A stretch of DNA of 64,000 nt from Candidatus Sulfomarinibacteraceae bacterium (GCA_963796455.1 CAWCLO010000010.1:160001-224000), one strand, 5' to 3'; numbered from the stretch's first letter, positions 31,230 to 42,370 are shown. Program-made: numbers and translations. Notes: generated by a model from the sequence alone, not told the origin.

Positions 31230-33547
31230 TTACGGGGTTGCCGTTCCAGCGAGGGCAACGACCTCAAGCTTGGAGGAGCCTCCGCTGTCATAGGTGATCG
31301 AGAGTTGTCCGGACTTGACGCCCGCCGAGGCGGGGCTGAAGCGCATGGTGTAGTTGCAGCCATCGTTGTAAGTCGAGGACCGGCGCACATCCATTGTTCA
31401 CCTCGACGAAGGAGGCATCACCACTTTGGGTGATTGTCAGGTTCGTGGCGCTCTCTCCGCCGAGATTGAAGACCAGTAGATCCTGGTTTGCCGAATCGTT
31501 GCCGGCCTGCGTGTCGGGGAAGTTCCAGGTTCCCTGAGGATTGGTCACAACATTCGCCGGCGTCGGTTCGCACGACGTTGATGTCGGCTCGATCACCATC
31601 GCGCCCACCAGGGTGTTGCTGCAGTCGCCCGGGAAGTTCCGAACGGTGACGTTGACCGGTGTCGACGTCAGCTGTTCACCCGGGATATCCGGCGGGATGA
31701 TGCACGTCGATGTCGAGAAACGACTCCGAGATCGTCCATGCTCGGCAGATTGAAGATCTCGATGGAGGTGTCGCTGAGGACATCGACATCTCCGCTCGGC
31801 ACGACATAGGAACCGACCGATACCAGGAGATTTTCGGCAAAGTACTGACCGTTGATCGCCAACTCATCCGGAATGACGTTGCGGTCGACAATATTGTCGA
31901 TCGGTGAAGATCACCGGATCGACCGAAAGGACGCAGCGGCGAGTTGCCGAGGAGCGTGAAGATCGCCACCTACGACCTCGAGGTTGCTCTCGAGGAGGAC
32001 CACTCTGAATTTGCCGGCCGTGTCCGAACACTGGACCGCAGATTTCGTCAGGGATCCGAACCACGAACTCGGTACCGGAAACGCTGACGACCTCGAGTTG
32101 ATCCGCGCTGCCCTCCGGGAAGAAATACCTGCAGCGGATCTTCGAAACCCGATCCGTAGATGATGACCAGCTCGCCCACCCTGGGCCTCCGACGGCGTAT
32201 TGCCCGAGATATAGAGGGCGTCGCCATAGGTAAAGCCACTCGCAGCGGTGGATTCCTTACCGGAGGTCATGTTGACGACCTTCACGTCGACGGTGACAGG
32301 GGGTGTCTCTTCCTGTTGGCTGTAATCCGGCGCCACACAGGTTATCCGGTCATTGTTCGCCGGTGTCGTGTCGTTGAATACGTTCACATCGGTGGCTGTC
32401 AGGTCACCGAAGAACACCTGCATCGGAACCTGGAACCCTTTACCGAAGATCGTCACCAAAGTGCCGCCGTCGAGCGGACCCGATGTCGGCGAGAGACTCG
32501 TGATTTCCGGCTCCGGATTGTCGGCAAGAACCAGGAAGCCGTCCTCGAGTCTGGTCTGACCATCCAGGGTCGAAATATTGACGTCCTGGGGCAGAATCCT
32601 GTTCGAGCGGGATCGTGCTGAACAGCGGAGTCTCGATTTGAATCTGCGAACCATCGGGAGCCACCGCCAACACCGGTGCCAGACGGACGACGCCACTTTC
32701 GTCGGTAAAGCTGACGATGATGTCCGAGGCCACGGTGCCAAAGCCCTGACCGAGTACGTTGACGGTTTCACCACCTGAGGAGCTGCCCGAACTCGGCGAC
32801 AGACCGAAGACGATGGGGCCGCCACCAGGCAGCAGAACGAATGCTTGCCCAAGGGTGTCCGACTCCTGCGATCCGGTGCCGGCGTTGGCGATGACGCGCA
32901 CATCCGCCGCCTGCTGGATGGAGGAGTTCTCACCTGTGAATGCCGGCGTGATGACCGTCACCGATCCGTCCTCGCTTGGCGGATCACTTTCGACGACCGC
33001 AGCCACGATGGCCTGAAAGGACTGGCCGTTGAGATCAAAGAAGACATCGACCGGAGACAGAATACCCTTACCGGTTATGACCGCTTCTTCGCCGCCGCCG
33101 TAGGAGCCGCGCCGCGGAGAAATGCCATACAGCTGAAGCTCGTCGCTGGTGGCTCGATCCTCGTATTCGACGGTGATCTGGCGGGATGCGCCTTTTGACC
33201 TGCGCCTGGATGACGTAGGTGTCCGCTTCGGTGGCCACATAGGCGACCGATGCCTTGCCGTTTTCCGTCAAGACGGCAGCCTCGAACGTGCCACTGGCGA
33301 AGGCCCCACCCGAGGCGACAAATTTCACCGAGGTGTCATCTGGCGCCGGTGAACCATTTTGCGTCACCGTCGCCTCGATGAGGATCACGGTGTTGACGAA
33401 TGGTCCGGTGCTGCTCGCTGTGAGCGAGGTAATGCTCCACGCGTCCGGGACCACGGTCGGCACCTGAACCGGGCGGGGGCTGTCCCCGGAGCATCCGACG
33501 AGAGCGACCACCGTCAGGAGCGCGAGATACGGAATCAACCTTTTCAT
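31230..33547 (-). CDS. Lipoprotein with Ig-like and IPT/TIG repeats and a C-terminal ASH-like Ig domain; multiple frameshifts
   Basis: Lipobox VALVG-C; repeated ISP.SG...GG..V.I.G.GF motifs across overlapping ORFs; ends VVALAGTATP. Confidence 0.8.
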
Positions 33548-33565
33548 GGTTTCAGACCCCCACTC

Positions 33566-34126
33566 TTACTGGCCATTGCAGAAGAAGTTGTACTGGATTG
33601 GGATTTTTTGAGTAGCTACCTGTTTTCCGGACACGGTGTTGCCAAATATCTGCAGCTCAAATGCCTGGCGAATATTTGTATTGCCCGTTTCGGGATCGAA
33701 CCCACCGTTTTCGGGATGCAGGTACGCGAGCGGCACTTCGGTCAGATACTCTTTCGGGTAGACCCGCCAGTTGTTGAGAGTGGCTGTGCCATCGGCCGGC
33801 ACGTAGACCCCCTGGTCGGTGATCCATTGCTCGGAGGCCGTCGTCCCGCCATCCGTGCGGTAAGGCGTCACGACCCAACGATTCAGCGTCACATCCTGAT
33901 TGGCTGAGAGTGATCCATCGGGGTCTTTCGACCTCGATTCGATCGTCATGTTGGAGACGGCGATATCCGTGAGCGACAGGCAGACATCGATGTCCGGATT
34001 GTATTCCGAGATATCGATCGTCAGGACAACCACCGACTCGGTGTTGTCCAACGCGCTGTTGCCGCCACACGATGCCACGATCGCCGTTAAGGCAAGCACG
34101 AAACTGGCTTTCAGGATGCGGTTCAT
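33566..34126 (-). CDS. Hypothetical lipoprotein immediately downstream of pilQ
   Basis: Lipobox IVAS-C, GGAGG RBS, beta-rich sequence. Confidence 0.85.
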   Translation of the reverse strand: MNRILKASFVLALTAIVASCGGNSALDNTESVVVLTIDISEYNPDIDVCLSLTDIAVSNMTIESRSKDPDGSLSANQDVTLNRWVVTPYRTDGGTTASEQWITDQGVYVPADGTATLNNWRVYPKEYLTEVPLAYLHPENGGFDPETGNTNIRQAFELQIFGNTVSGKQVATQKIPIQYNFFCNGQ

Positions 34127-34138
34127 CTGACCCTCCAT

Positions 34139-36502
34139 CTAATACTTGACGATCCGGGGGGTAATGAAGATCAGCAACTCGTCGTGGCGCTTGAATACCC
34201 CCTTGTTTTTGAACAACCACCCGAATACGGGGATCTTGTGGAGCCCTGGAATCCGGTTTTCGTTGTTCTGGTCGTTGATCTGGTAGATACCGGCGATCAC
34301 GGTCGTGCCGCCGTCTCGAACCAATAGCTGGGTCTCCGCATCACGGGTAAAGATCGGCGCATTGTTGCCGCCCGTTACTCCGACACCAATGACCGGCTCT
34401 TGTTTCTTGATGTTGATATCGAGGTTGACCGTGCCTTCGGCGGTGATCTGCGGTGTGACCTCCAATTTGAGGGTCGCATCCACGTACTGAACCGTGACCG
34501 TGTTGTTGGCCACCGTCTGGACTGGAATCTGAAGACCCGAACGAATCGAGGCCGACATCAGGTTCTGTGTCGTGACACGCGGCGTGGACACGATTCTCAC
34601 CAAGCCGTCGGTCTCAGATGCCGACAACAGGAAGTCGAGGTTGAAGGTGTTCAGGATGTCGCCAAAGGTCATCGCGAGCACACCCGCATCTCCGCGTCGC
34701 AGATCGACCAGACCGTCTGCCGTGATCGAGTTCGGGAAGCGAAGACCGGTGTCGTTTCCGTGTTCGGCATCCATGACGCCGGAGAAACCCCAGGTCACAC
34801 CGAGCTCACGGGAGAAGTCGCGTGTTGTCTCGACGATCCGGCCCTCGATCACGACCTGAGGCGTCGGAAGATCCAGGGAGTCGATCAGTCGGAGAATGCC
34901 CTCGACCCGATCCACCACGTCACGAATGATGAGGGTGTTGGTGCGGGCGTCCACGGTGACCGATCCACGGGCCGAGAGGAGATAACTATCGCTCGAAAGC
35001 AGGGCTTTGATGTCATCCGCCTTCGAATACGATATGGGTTTCAGCACGGTCCGCAGCGGTTTTGCCTTCTCCTGCTCGAGTTCGAACGCGGCCTTTTGGG
35101 ATTTTTCCTGCGCCAGGCGCGAGATCGGCGCGACCCGCAGCACGTTGTTCTCGAGCACATAGTCGAGATTGTTGATCCTCAAGATGAGGTCGAGAGCCTG
35201 ATCCCAGGGAACATCCCGAAGCTCGACCGTGACGGATCCGGAAACACCAGGATCGAGCACGATGTTGAGGTCGGTCAGAACCGAGAAGGTCTTGAGAACG
35301 TCTTTGATGTCGGCGTCCTTGAGCGTCAGCGTGATCGGCTCGCCGGTGAATTGCTGTTCCTGCGTGGCGACTTCGGTCACCGCAAAGCCCTCAGCGGCGG
35401 TGGTCGGTGCATCGAGCACCGTCACGGCCTCGGCCTGTTCGATGAGCTGGGAGTCATTCGCCACCCACGGGCTGCGCTCGGGCTCCACATTGTCGGGAAC
35501 AGCGGCTTCTGCACGCACGTTTTCCGACGGGATATCGAAGAGATCCGAAACCACCTCGTTGGCCGGCTCGGGCTCAGGCTTCGCTTGCGGCTCGGAGCGG
35601 GTGATCTCGATGCTTCCCGCATCCGCAACCTGCACCGATTCGACGATCCCGGTGGCCGGCATCTCGCCGCCACCGATATAGATTTTTGCTCCGTTCGCGG
35701 TTTCAGCAACCGTGTAGGCCGTCTCCTCACGAAGATCGACCACGACCCGGGTGATCGGTTCGGGGCTGGCCTGGAATTGGGCCACCCGAACCTGGCTGAC
35801 CAACGGTGAGTTCACAGGCATCAATCGCCCGTCAACGCGGTTGATCACACCATTGAGATCGAGGACCAGGCGGCGTGGCTCGGGAAGCATGAATGCCTGA
35901 ACATCAAGACCGCGGTCGCTCTTGAGTTCAACCACGATGCCGTCACCGGTGCGAAGCGGGACGACCTCGTACAGACTGGCCAATCCCGTCAACGGCTGCG
36001 CGGGCCGCGTCTCGGTCTCCACCTTCGGTGGCACAATGACCTCTTCGCGGGTGACCGCGACCGGGGGAATTGTCGTCGCCCGATCGCCGAACACGGCGAA
36101 CTCGAGATCGAGGCCCCCATTTGCCGAGGTCAGCGTCAGTTGAGCAGGCTCCGTGAGCCAAACCGTGAGGCGGGAGACCTTTTTCCCAAACTCCTCCACA
36201 TGGCTCAGCTCCGCTCGGTCGATTCCGAGCTCGGGCCCGACAAAGAGCTCGGTGCCCTGGTCCCAATTTGCTTCGGGTAGCTCAACCACCCACACACCCG
36301 GCTGCGGTGAGTAGTGGACTGTCTCCAGCTCCCCTACCGCACTGAGGTGGAGCACAGGTCCCGCAGGCCCTGCCTCCGCACCCATTCCTTGTATCGTCGG
36401 AATGGCCTCCTCTGCGAGGAGCGGCCCACCGGCAGCCAGCAGTATGCAAGCTGCCGCCGCCACCAGGATGCGGACGTTTTTCATCAACATGCCGGCCCCC
36501 AT
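34139..36502 (-). CDS. pilQ: Type IV pilus secretin PilQ with AMIN domains
   Basis: RLVLDL/VRVAQF AMIN, DVPWDQALDLIL, DARTNTLII, QVVIEGRIVE, ELLIFITPRI. Confidence 0.96.
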   Translation of the reverse strand: MGAGMLMKNVRILVAAAACILLAAGGPLLAEEAIPTIQGMGAEAGPAGPVLHLSAVGELETVHYSPQPGVWVVELPEANWDQGTELFVGPELGIDRAELSHVEEFGKKVSRLTVWLTEPAQLTLTSANGGLDLEFAVFGDRATTIPPVAVTREEVIVPPKVETETRPAQPLTGLASLYEVVPLRTGDGIVVELKSDRGLDVQAFMLPEPRRLVLDLNGVINRVDGRLMPVNSPLVSQVRVAQFQASPEPITRVVVDLREETAYTVAETANGAKIYIGGGEMPATGIVESVQVADAGSIEITRSEPQAKPEPEPANEVVSDLFDIPSENVRAEAAVPDNVEPERSPWVANDSQLIEQAEAVTVLDAPTTAAEGFAVTEVATQEQQFTGEPITLTLKDADIKDVLKTFSVLTDLNIVLDPGVSGSVTVELRDVPWDQALDLILRINNLDYVLENNVLRVAPISRLAQEKSQKAAFELEQEKAKPLRTVLKPISYSKADDIKALLSSDSYLLSARGSVTVDARTNTLIIRDVVDRVEGILRLIDSLDLPTPQVVIEGRIVETTRDFSRELGVTWGFSGVMDAEHGNDTGLRFPNSITADGLVDLRRGDAGVLAMTFGDILNTFNLDFLLSASETDGLVRIVSTPRVTTQNLMSASIRSGLQIPVQTVANNTVTVQYVDATLKLEVTPQITAEGTVNLDINIKKQEPVIGVGVTGGNNAPIFTRDAETQLLVRDGGTTVIAGIYQINDQNNENRIPGLHKIPVFGWLFKNKGVFKRHDELLIFITPRIVKY

Positions 36503-36521
36503 TTTCCTCTCATATCAACGG

Positions 36522-37061
36522 CTAGTCCGTCAATTCTCTTACGATTTCGTCGTATTCTTTGATGCGCCCTGGATCACTCACTTGTTGCCTGAAAACCACT
36601 TTATTTTGGTGGATCTCTGCCACTTCTCCATTAAAGAGCTGGGTCCCAGGCCGAATGATGTACGACACGTTGTCGCGACCGAGCACGAAAGCGAGGATCC
36701 CACTCGGCGTTTCGATGATCCCCTCGACCTTGAGCTCTTCCACCAGCATCCCGGGGAGTCCGGGAGGACGGGCTTTTGCCGGTCCTTCTTCCTCGTTCTC
36801 CTCGAAACCTCGTAACAACGATCGGAACGGATCTCGTCGACCCGCGGGGTCGTAGGAGAAGATCCGGCCTTCCATGACTTCTTCTTCACCGCGCAGAATC
36901 TGCTCGATGCCCGAGACGTCGACGTCGTCACCAACCAGATCAAGCGCCGAGGTTTCCGCCGGCTGTTCGTCGGGAACAGGCTCCGCGTCCTGGGCCTCGA
37001 CCGCTCCGACTGAAAACATGACGAAGGTCAGTGCAAACGCAAGAAGGAGTTTCCGGTTCAT
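36522..37061 (-). CDS. pilP: PilP-like pilus assembly protein
   Basis: YDPAGRRDPF motif; position between pilO and pilQ. Confidence 0.85.
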   Translation of the reverse strand: MNRKLLLAFALTFVMFSVGAVEAQDAEPVPDEQPAETSALDLVGDDVDVSGIEQILRGEEEVMEGRIFSYDPAGRRDPFRSLLRGFEENEEEGPAKARPPGLPGMLVEELKVEGIIETPSGILAFVLGRDNVSYIIRPGTQLFNGEVAEIHQNKVVFRQQVSDPGRIKEYDEIVRELTD

Positions 37062-37645
37062 TCCTCGGCCTCCGGAGTCTCTTCCTTATATATAAAGGTC
37101 CTCTGAACAAAATCGGCGTGGATCGTGTGGCGGGAGCTGTCCGCTCCGCGTCCCCGAACCGGTGTGATGGTGAGATCGTTGACGTTGATGATCCGCGAGA
37201 AATTGCTCAACCGGTCGAAGAACTTCCCGAGCTCGTGATAGGTCCCATCAAGTCCGACCCGGATCGGCCACTCCTGATAGAAGCCACGGTCTTCGAAGAC
37301 CCCCGGTGTGAATTGGGTGAGCCTGAATCCTCCACTCTCAGTCAACTGTTTGGCGCGCTTGATCAGATTGTCCGTCTCGCGCTTCGTGGGAAGAATGCGG
37401 CGCAGCCGTTCGAGCTCCACCTCGTAGTTGCGGATGTCTTCTTCGAGCCGCGGCAGATCCGCCTTGGCCGCTCGTCCCTTTTCAATCTCACGCTGGAGAT
37501 CGTTGATTTTTTCGTCCAAGCGTTCGATGTCGACACGGATGTCCTTGAAGACATACATGTGCATCACCGCGAACAGCGCACCACCCAGCAGAAGACCGAC
37601 GATCACGGCCACGTACCAGGGCTTGGCGTTGAGATCAATAGCCAT
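37058..37645 (-). CDS. pilO: Type IV pilus assembly protein PilO
   Basis: TM plus coiled coil, LP.K.E, GTYHELGKFFDRLSNFSRIIN. Confidence 0.92.
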   Translation of the reverse strand: MAIDLNAKPWYVAVIVGLLLGGALFAVMHMYVFKDIRVDIERLDEKINDLQREIEKGRAAKADLPRLEEDIRNYEVELERLRRILPTKRETDNLIKRAKQLTESGGFRLTQFTPGVFEDRGFYQEWPIRVGLDGTYHELGKFFDRLSNFSRIINVNDLTITPVRGRGADSSRHTIHADFVQRTFIYKEETPEAEE

Positions 37646-37663
37646 AGCTGCCGCCCTCCCCCG

Positions 37664-38278
37664 TCATTGCCCAGGACCAGCGGCCGGGCCGCCATCTTCA
37701 GTGCCTGCGATCTCGGGCGGTTCAACGATGAATGTGCAATCGAGGCTGAAGGTGAAGGTGTCACCCTGGGATCGAGCCATGTTCTTCAGCCTCGGTTCAT
37801 CGAAGAACGGAGAGGCGTCGATGTTTGAAATAAAGTTGGCGACCGCATTTTCGTCCATCGCGGTACCTGCGATCTGGACCGATTCAACCTTGAGGGTGAG
37901 CCTCGAAAGCCAGACCAGTTCGGGCAACGCCCGCGAAACCTCATCCATGATTCGGACGGGTCCGCGCTGGTTCTTTTTGAGTTCGTTGATCACACCGATT
38001 TTGTGGCGGAGCGCTTCGCGGCGGGCCTCGAGTTGTTCGACCTTCTTGATATAGACCAGCAACTCATCGCGCTCACGCCGTTTCTGACGTTCCACCTCCT
38101 GCATATTCGAGCGTTTGCTCGTCAGCAGGTACCACTGAGTGCCGACCACGATGGCGGCAATCGCGAGAACGATCAGGAGAATGATATCGCCTTGCTTGGC
38201 CCCCAGCGAAAACGAAGGCCGTTCCGCCTGCGATGCCGCTGCTGCCGGGGTCTCAGCAATCAGGTTGATCTTTATCAT
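37664..38278 (-). CDS. pilN: Type IV pilus assembly protein PilN
   Basis: MIKINL N-terminus, TM, coiled coil, LPELVWL; start reassigned to ATG 38278. Confidence 0.92.
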   Translation of the reverse strand: MIKINLIAETPAAAASQAERPSFSLGAKQGDIILLIVLAIAAIVVGTQWYLLTSKRSNMQEVERQKRRERDELLVYIKKVEQLEARREALRHKIGVINELKKNQRGPVRIMDEVSRALPELVWLSRLTLKVESVQIAGTAMDENAVANFISNIDASPFFDEPRLKNMARSQGDTFTFSLDCTFIVEPPEIAGTEDGGPAAGPGQ

Positions 38279-38282
38279 GGCG

Positions 38283-39332
38283 TCACTCTCCGACCCTACG
38301 CACCGCAAGACCCACCGCGACCGACATCGCCGATGCGTGTCGGTTGATCCATTCCGGATCGAAGTCGGACTCACTGTAACGAATGTTCCGGAAGGGGTTC
38401 ATGACTTCGACTGCCACCTGAAAGCGCTCGCGAATGACCTCATCGAGATTGAGGATTCCGGCGCTTCCACCAGCAAGTACGACCCGATCGATATGGTCCA
38501 CCGAAGAGGTGGCGACAAAGAAGTCGACGGTCTTCTGCAGTTCAGCCGTCAGATCCTCGGAGACACTGTTGAGCACACTCAATACCTGCTGCAGAGTGTT
38601 TTCGCCGACCCGCTCGCCGAGTTTCAGCCGTTCGGCATCATCGCGCGACAGGCTGAGTTCTCTTTGAATAGCCTCGGTGTACTGATTTCCGCCAAAGGCC
38701 ACATCGCGCCAGAAGATCGATGTCCCGTGATAGAGAACGTTGATGTTCATCACCGAGGCGCCGACGTTGACCAGCGCAATGGTCTCGGGGTCGACATCGT
38801 AATTGGTCTCGAAAGCATTCTGTACGGCAAAGACATCGACATCCACCAGAACCGGGTCTTTGCCGGCCTGGACAATCACCGACGTATAGTCCGCGATGCG
38901 GTCCTTTTTCACCGCCACCAACAACACGTCCATGGTGTCGCCGGCATCCGAGTCCAAAACGACGTAATCCAGGTTGACGTCGTTGATGTCGAATGGAATG
39001 TACTGCTCGGCTTCCCATTGAATCGATTCGGCGAGCTCAGCGTCCGTCATCGACGGCAACTGAATCTTTTTGATGATCACCGAATGGCCCGACAAAGAGC
39101 CGCCGAAACTTGAATTCTTGATGTTATTTTCGGCGATCAAACGGGACAATGCCTCGACCACAAGTGACGAGTCCATTATCGCGCCGTCGACAATCGCCTC
39201 CGGAGAGAGGTCCGCGATTGCCGCGTGGAGAAGTTGAAATTCGCCGCTTTTCAACGGCTTCAACTCGACCATCTTGATCGCAGACGATCCGATATCACAA
39301 CCAACGACTTGTTTTTTAGGCTTACCAAACAC
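38283..39332 (-). CDS. pilM: Type IV pilus assembly protein PilM
   Basis: GCDIGSSAIK, EAEQYIPF, LAGG, AVGLAVR actin-like fold. Confidence 0.95.
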   Translation of the reverse strand: MFGKPKKQVVGCDIGSSAIKMVELKPLKSGEFQLLHAAIADLSPEAIVDGAIMDSSLVVEALSRLIAENNIKNSSFGGSLSGHSVIIKKIQLPSMTDAELAESIQWEAEQYIPFDINDVNLDYVVLDSDAGDTMDVLLVAVKKDRIADYTSVIVQAGKDPVLVDVDVFAVQNAFETNYDVDPETIALVNVGASVMNINVLYHGTSIFWRDVAFGGNQYTEAIQRELSLSRDDAERLKLGERVGENTLQQVLSVLNSVSEDLTAELQKTVDFFVATSSVDHIDRVVLAGGSAGILNLDEVIRERFQVAVEVMNPFRNIRYSESDFDPEWINRHASAMSVAVGLAVRRVGE

Positions 39333-39391
39333 GGCTTACACCTTGACCACAGAAGTTTCGCTGGACAGGATCATAAACCCCTCTACTTTCG

Positions 39392-39420
39392 AGGCTACCA
39401 AAGGCTTCCTCATAGGTCAA
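39392..39420 (-). promoter_or_regulatory. Sigma70-type promoter for pilMNOPQ
   Basis: TTGACC-17 nt-TAGCCT with extended TG on the minus strand, about 60 nt upstream of pilM. Confidence 0.55.
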
Positions 39421-39765
39421 GAACATGGATCACAAATAAAAGCGCAAAAGTAACCGACATAACCTGCGCGACTCCGGTGAAAAATTGATGACTTCTCATT
39501 GAAACTCCGCGACGAAAAAATTTCTTGCTCCGTCGCACTTACAATTTCGTCCTACAATTCTCTCACAAAGAGAAAAATAATTCGCGAAGGACCGCACAGC
39601 TTTCGAAAAAGAAATCTTCCCTTTCAATGTAATGCTTGATTGACGGCGTATTGATTGGGATACGAAAAAAACAGGCACAACATGATGGCCCTCGCTTGCA
39701 AAACGAGGCTTCCTGTGGTATTTAATTCCACCCTTGTAAAGGGGATCCCGAGGAGGAACACGACG

Positions 39766-39963
39766 ATGGCGCAGCGATGTGAAATCTGCGGCAAGGGCCC
39801 GATGACCGGTAGCAATATCTCCCACGCTCACAACGTGAGCAAAAGACGTTGGCTGCCGAATCTGCAGCGCGTCCGCGCAATGGTGGACGGACGTCCGAAG
39901 TATGTTCGGGTCTGCACCAGGTGCATCCGTTCCGGCAAGGTCACCAAGGCACCCCGCATTTAG
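39766..39963 (+). CDS. rpmB: 50S ribosomal protein L28, zinc-binding form
   Basis: MAQRCEICGKGPMTGSNISHAHN..KRRWLPNLQ...VCTRC; AGGAGG RBS. Confidence 0.97.
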   Translation: MAQRCEICGKGPMTGSNISHAHNVSKRRWLPNLQRVRAMVDGRPKYVRVCTRCIRSGKVTKAPRI

Positions 39964-39977
39964 CGACGACAACCCAA

Positions 39978-42173
39978 TCATTGGCCGGCTCCAACTCTGC
40001 CGCGCCGTTCAACCCGCATCATCCCCTTGAGCCCTTCGAGCCGGGAGAGGATGCGGGCGAGTTGTGCGGCATCGTGAACAAGAATCGTCATCGCGGCCAT
40101 GCCGGTGTCGTTCTGCTCCGTGCGCAGTCGGCAACTGAGAATATCGGAGCCTTCGGTGGAGATCGCGTGAGAAATCGACGCCAGCATCCCTGAGCTATCG
40201 GTGAACGACATGTCCACATCGACCTGCGATTTGGGTGATTTGGTCGCCGCCGCGCTCGCTCCCCACTGCACATCGATCTCCCTCTCCGGGTGATACAGGA
40301 GATTCCGAACATTTGGACAGGTTCGGGAATGGACCGCAACACCCTTCCCGCGGGTCACAAAACCGACGATCTCCTCGCCGGGCAATGGCTTGCAGCATTT
40401 GGCGATATAGACCAGGAAATCGGCGTCACCGGTGACCTCGAGGGCTTGTCCGTTCTTCGCCGCCGTGGCCGTTGTCGTCGGTGCGGCCGGCGACGGCGCG
40501 GCTTCGGCTTCGTTCTCTTCGCGAAAGGCGTTGGAGATGGAACTGACCGGAAGTTTTCCGAAACCGACGGCTGCCAGAAGATCCTCTTCTCGGCCAAGAC
40601 CGCTGGCAGAAGCAACATCTTTGATTTCCTGACTGCCGCTGACTTTGCGCAGTGAGGTCCCGATTTTGCGCAGCTCCCGGTCGACCAACTTGCGGCCGAC
40701 CTCGATGGCGCGCTCCTTCTCTTCCTTTTTGAGCCACGCACGAATTCTCGACCGGGCGCGGTTGGTGGCGACAAGAGCCAACCAGTCGTGATGCGGGCGC
40801 TGCCGGTTGGAGGTTGTGATCTCGACGATGTCGCCATTTTTGATATTCGTCTTCAGCGGCACCCAGCGGCCGTTGAGGCGGCCCCCGACACAGGTGTGGC
40901 CGACCTGGGAGTGGACCCGATAGGCGAAATCGAGAATCGTCGCGCCGCGGGGAAAGGAAAAAACATCGCCACGGGGCGTGAAACAGTAGACCTCGTCAGG
41001 ATAGAGATCGACCTTGAGGGAGTCGAGGAACTCGCGCGGCGATGAGCCCTCGGAGTTGTCGAGTAAGGCGCGTAGCCACGCGACCCGCGAATCCTCAGCC
41101 GGTGCGTGGGACCCCTTCTCCTTGTAACTCCAGTGTGCGGCGATGCCGTACTCGGCGATCTTGTGCATATCGTCGGTGCGGATCTGAATCTCGAAAGGAT
41201 GCCCCTCGGGACCGATGACCGTGGTGTGCAGCGATTGGTAGGCATTCGGTTTCGGGATCGCAATATGGTCCTTGAGTCGGCCGGGGACCGGCGACCACTG
41301 CTGGTGGATCAATCCCAGGGTCGCATAACAGTCGGCGACCGAAGCGACGACAATTCGAAATGCCAGGTAATCGAAGACGTTGGCGACATCCACACCCTGC
41401 CTCTTGAGCTTTTCGAAGATCGAATAGAGGTGCTTGATGCGGCCCTGAATCGACCCTTCGATGCCGTTCTCCTCGAGAAGCCCCTCGAGCACACCCTGGA
41501 TCTCGGCAAACCACCGTGCCGCGGCGTCCTTTCGCTCTTCGATCTCGGATGAGAGCTTCTCCGCTTCCTTAGGATGCAGATAGCGGAAGCAGAGGTCTTC
41601 CATTTCGGTCTTGATGCTGCCGATTCCGAGCCGGTTGGCGATGGGCGCAAAGATCTCGAGGGTCTCGCGGGCGATCGCGATCTGGCGTTCGCGGCGGAGG
41701 TGTTCGAGGGTGCGCATATTGTGAAGCCGGTCCGCGAGTTTCACGAGGATGACCCGCACATCGTCCATCGAGGCGAGAAGCAGGCGTCTGAAGTTCTCCG
41801 CTTCGGTCGCCTCGCGACTCGAGTAACTCGACTCGAAATCGGCCATCTTGGTCAATGCGACCACCAGACGCGCGACCTCGGGCCCGAACTCGAGCTCGAG
41901 TTCCTCGGCGGTGGTCTCGGTGTCCTCGAGCAGATCGTGGAGCAACCCGGCCGCCACCGTCTCCTCGTCGAGCTCCATTTCGGCCAGGATCCACGCCACC
42001 GTCAGGGGATGCGTGAAATATGGCTCTCCGGAGCGCCGTATCTGGCCCTGGTGGCGATTCGCGGCGAAGACATAGGCATGGCGCAGCAGATCCTCGTCGA
42101 GGTCAGGGCGGTACCGTTCCATCCGGTTAAGGATGTTCTCGATCCGGATCTTGGAGCTCCGCGGCATCATCAC
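39978..42173 (-). CDS. rel: Bifunctional (p)ppGpp synthetase/hydrolase
   Basis: RRSGEPY, LLHDLLEDT hydrolase, RLKD, EIQIRT, TGS, CCKP, ACT. Confidence 0.96.
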   Translation of the reverse strand: MMMPRSSKIRIENILNRMERYRPDLDEDLLRHAYVFAANRHQGQIRRSGEPYFTHPLTVAWILAEMELDEETVAAGLLHDLLEDTETTAEELELEFGPEVARLVVALTKMADFESSYSSREATEAENFRRLLLASMDDVRVILVKLADRLHNMRTLEHLRRERQIAIARETLEIFAPIANRLGIGSIKTEMEDLCFRYLHPKEAEKLSSEIEERKDAAARWFAEIQGVLEGLLEENGIEGSIQGRIKHLYSIFEKLKRQGVDVANVFDYLAFRIVVASVADCYATLGLIHQQWSPVPGRLKDHIAIPKPNAYQSLHTTVIGPEGHPFEIQIRTDDMHKIAEYGIAAHWSYKEKGSHAPAEDSRVAWLRALLDNSEGSSPREFLDSLKVDLYPDEVYCFTPRGDVFSFPRGATILDFAYRVHSQVGHTCVGGRLNGRWVPLKTNIKNGDIVEITTSNRQRPHHDWLALVATNRARSRIRAWLKKEEKERAIEVGRKLVDRELRKIGTSLRKVSGSQEIKDVASASGLGREEDLLAAVGFGKLPVSSISNAFREENEAEAAPSPAAPTTTATAAKNGQALEVTGDADFLVYIAKCCKPLPGEEIVGFVTRGKGVAVHSRTCPNVRNLLYHPEREIDVQWGASAAATKSPKSQVDVDMSFTDSSGMLASISHAISTEGSDILSCRLRTEQNDTGMAAMTILVHDAAQLARILSRLEGLKGMMRVERRGRVGAGQ

Positions 42174-42370
42174 CAGACGCCTCTCTCACCGCTGCAGGCG
42201 GGGATGGAGTCAGCTCCGTTGACGAGCCGCATCGAGGGAGGCAAAAATGCCATCCATCTATTCTATCTGCCGGGTCAAGGAATCTCCGAATTTTGGCTCG
42301 GAGGGCCCTCTCACACCGGTTGGATTGTGATGATTGTTACAACGCGCAGCCAACACCGGTCAGCATTCCT

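Noticed and set aside
16000..33300. Many frameshifts read as programmed frameshifting or mass pseudogenisation
   Set aside because: They include essential accC, those I examined are single-base indels, often in short homopolymers, and they cluster in one interval while long genes outside it are intact. Long-read or low-coverage assembly error is the simpler explanation.
42326..42341. CRP/FNR-like site TGTGA-N6-TTACA upstream of rel
   Set aside because: A single imperfect match with no second instance or mapped promoter; could be chance.
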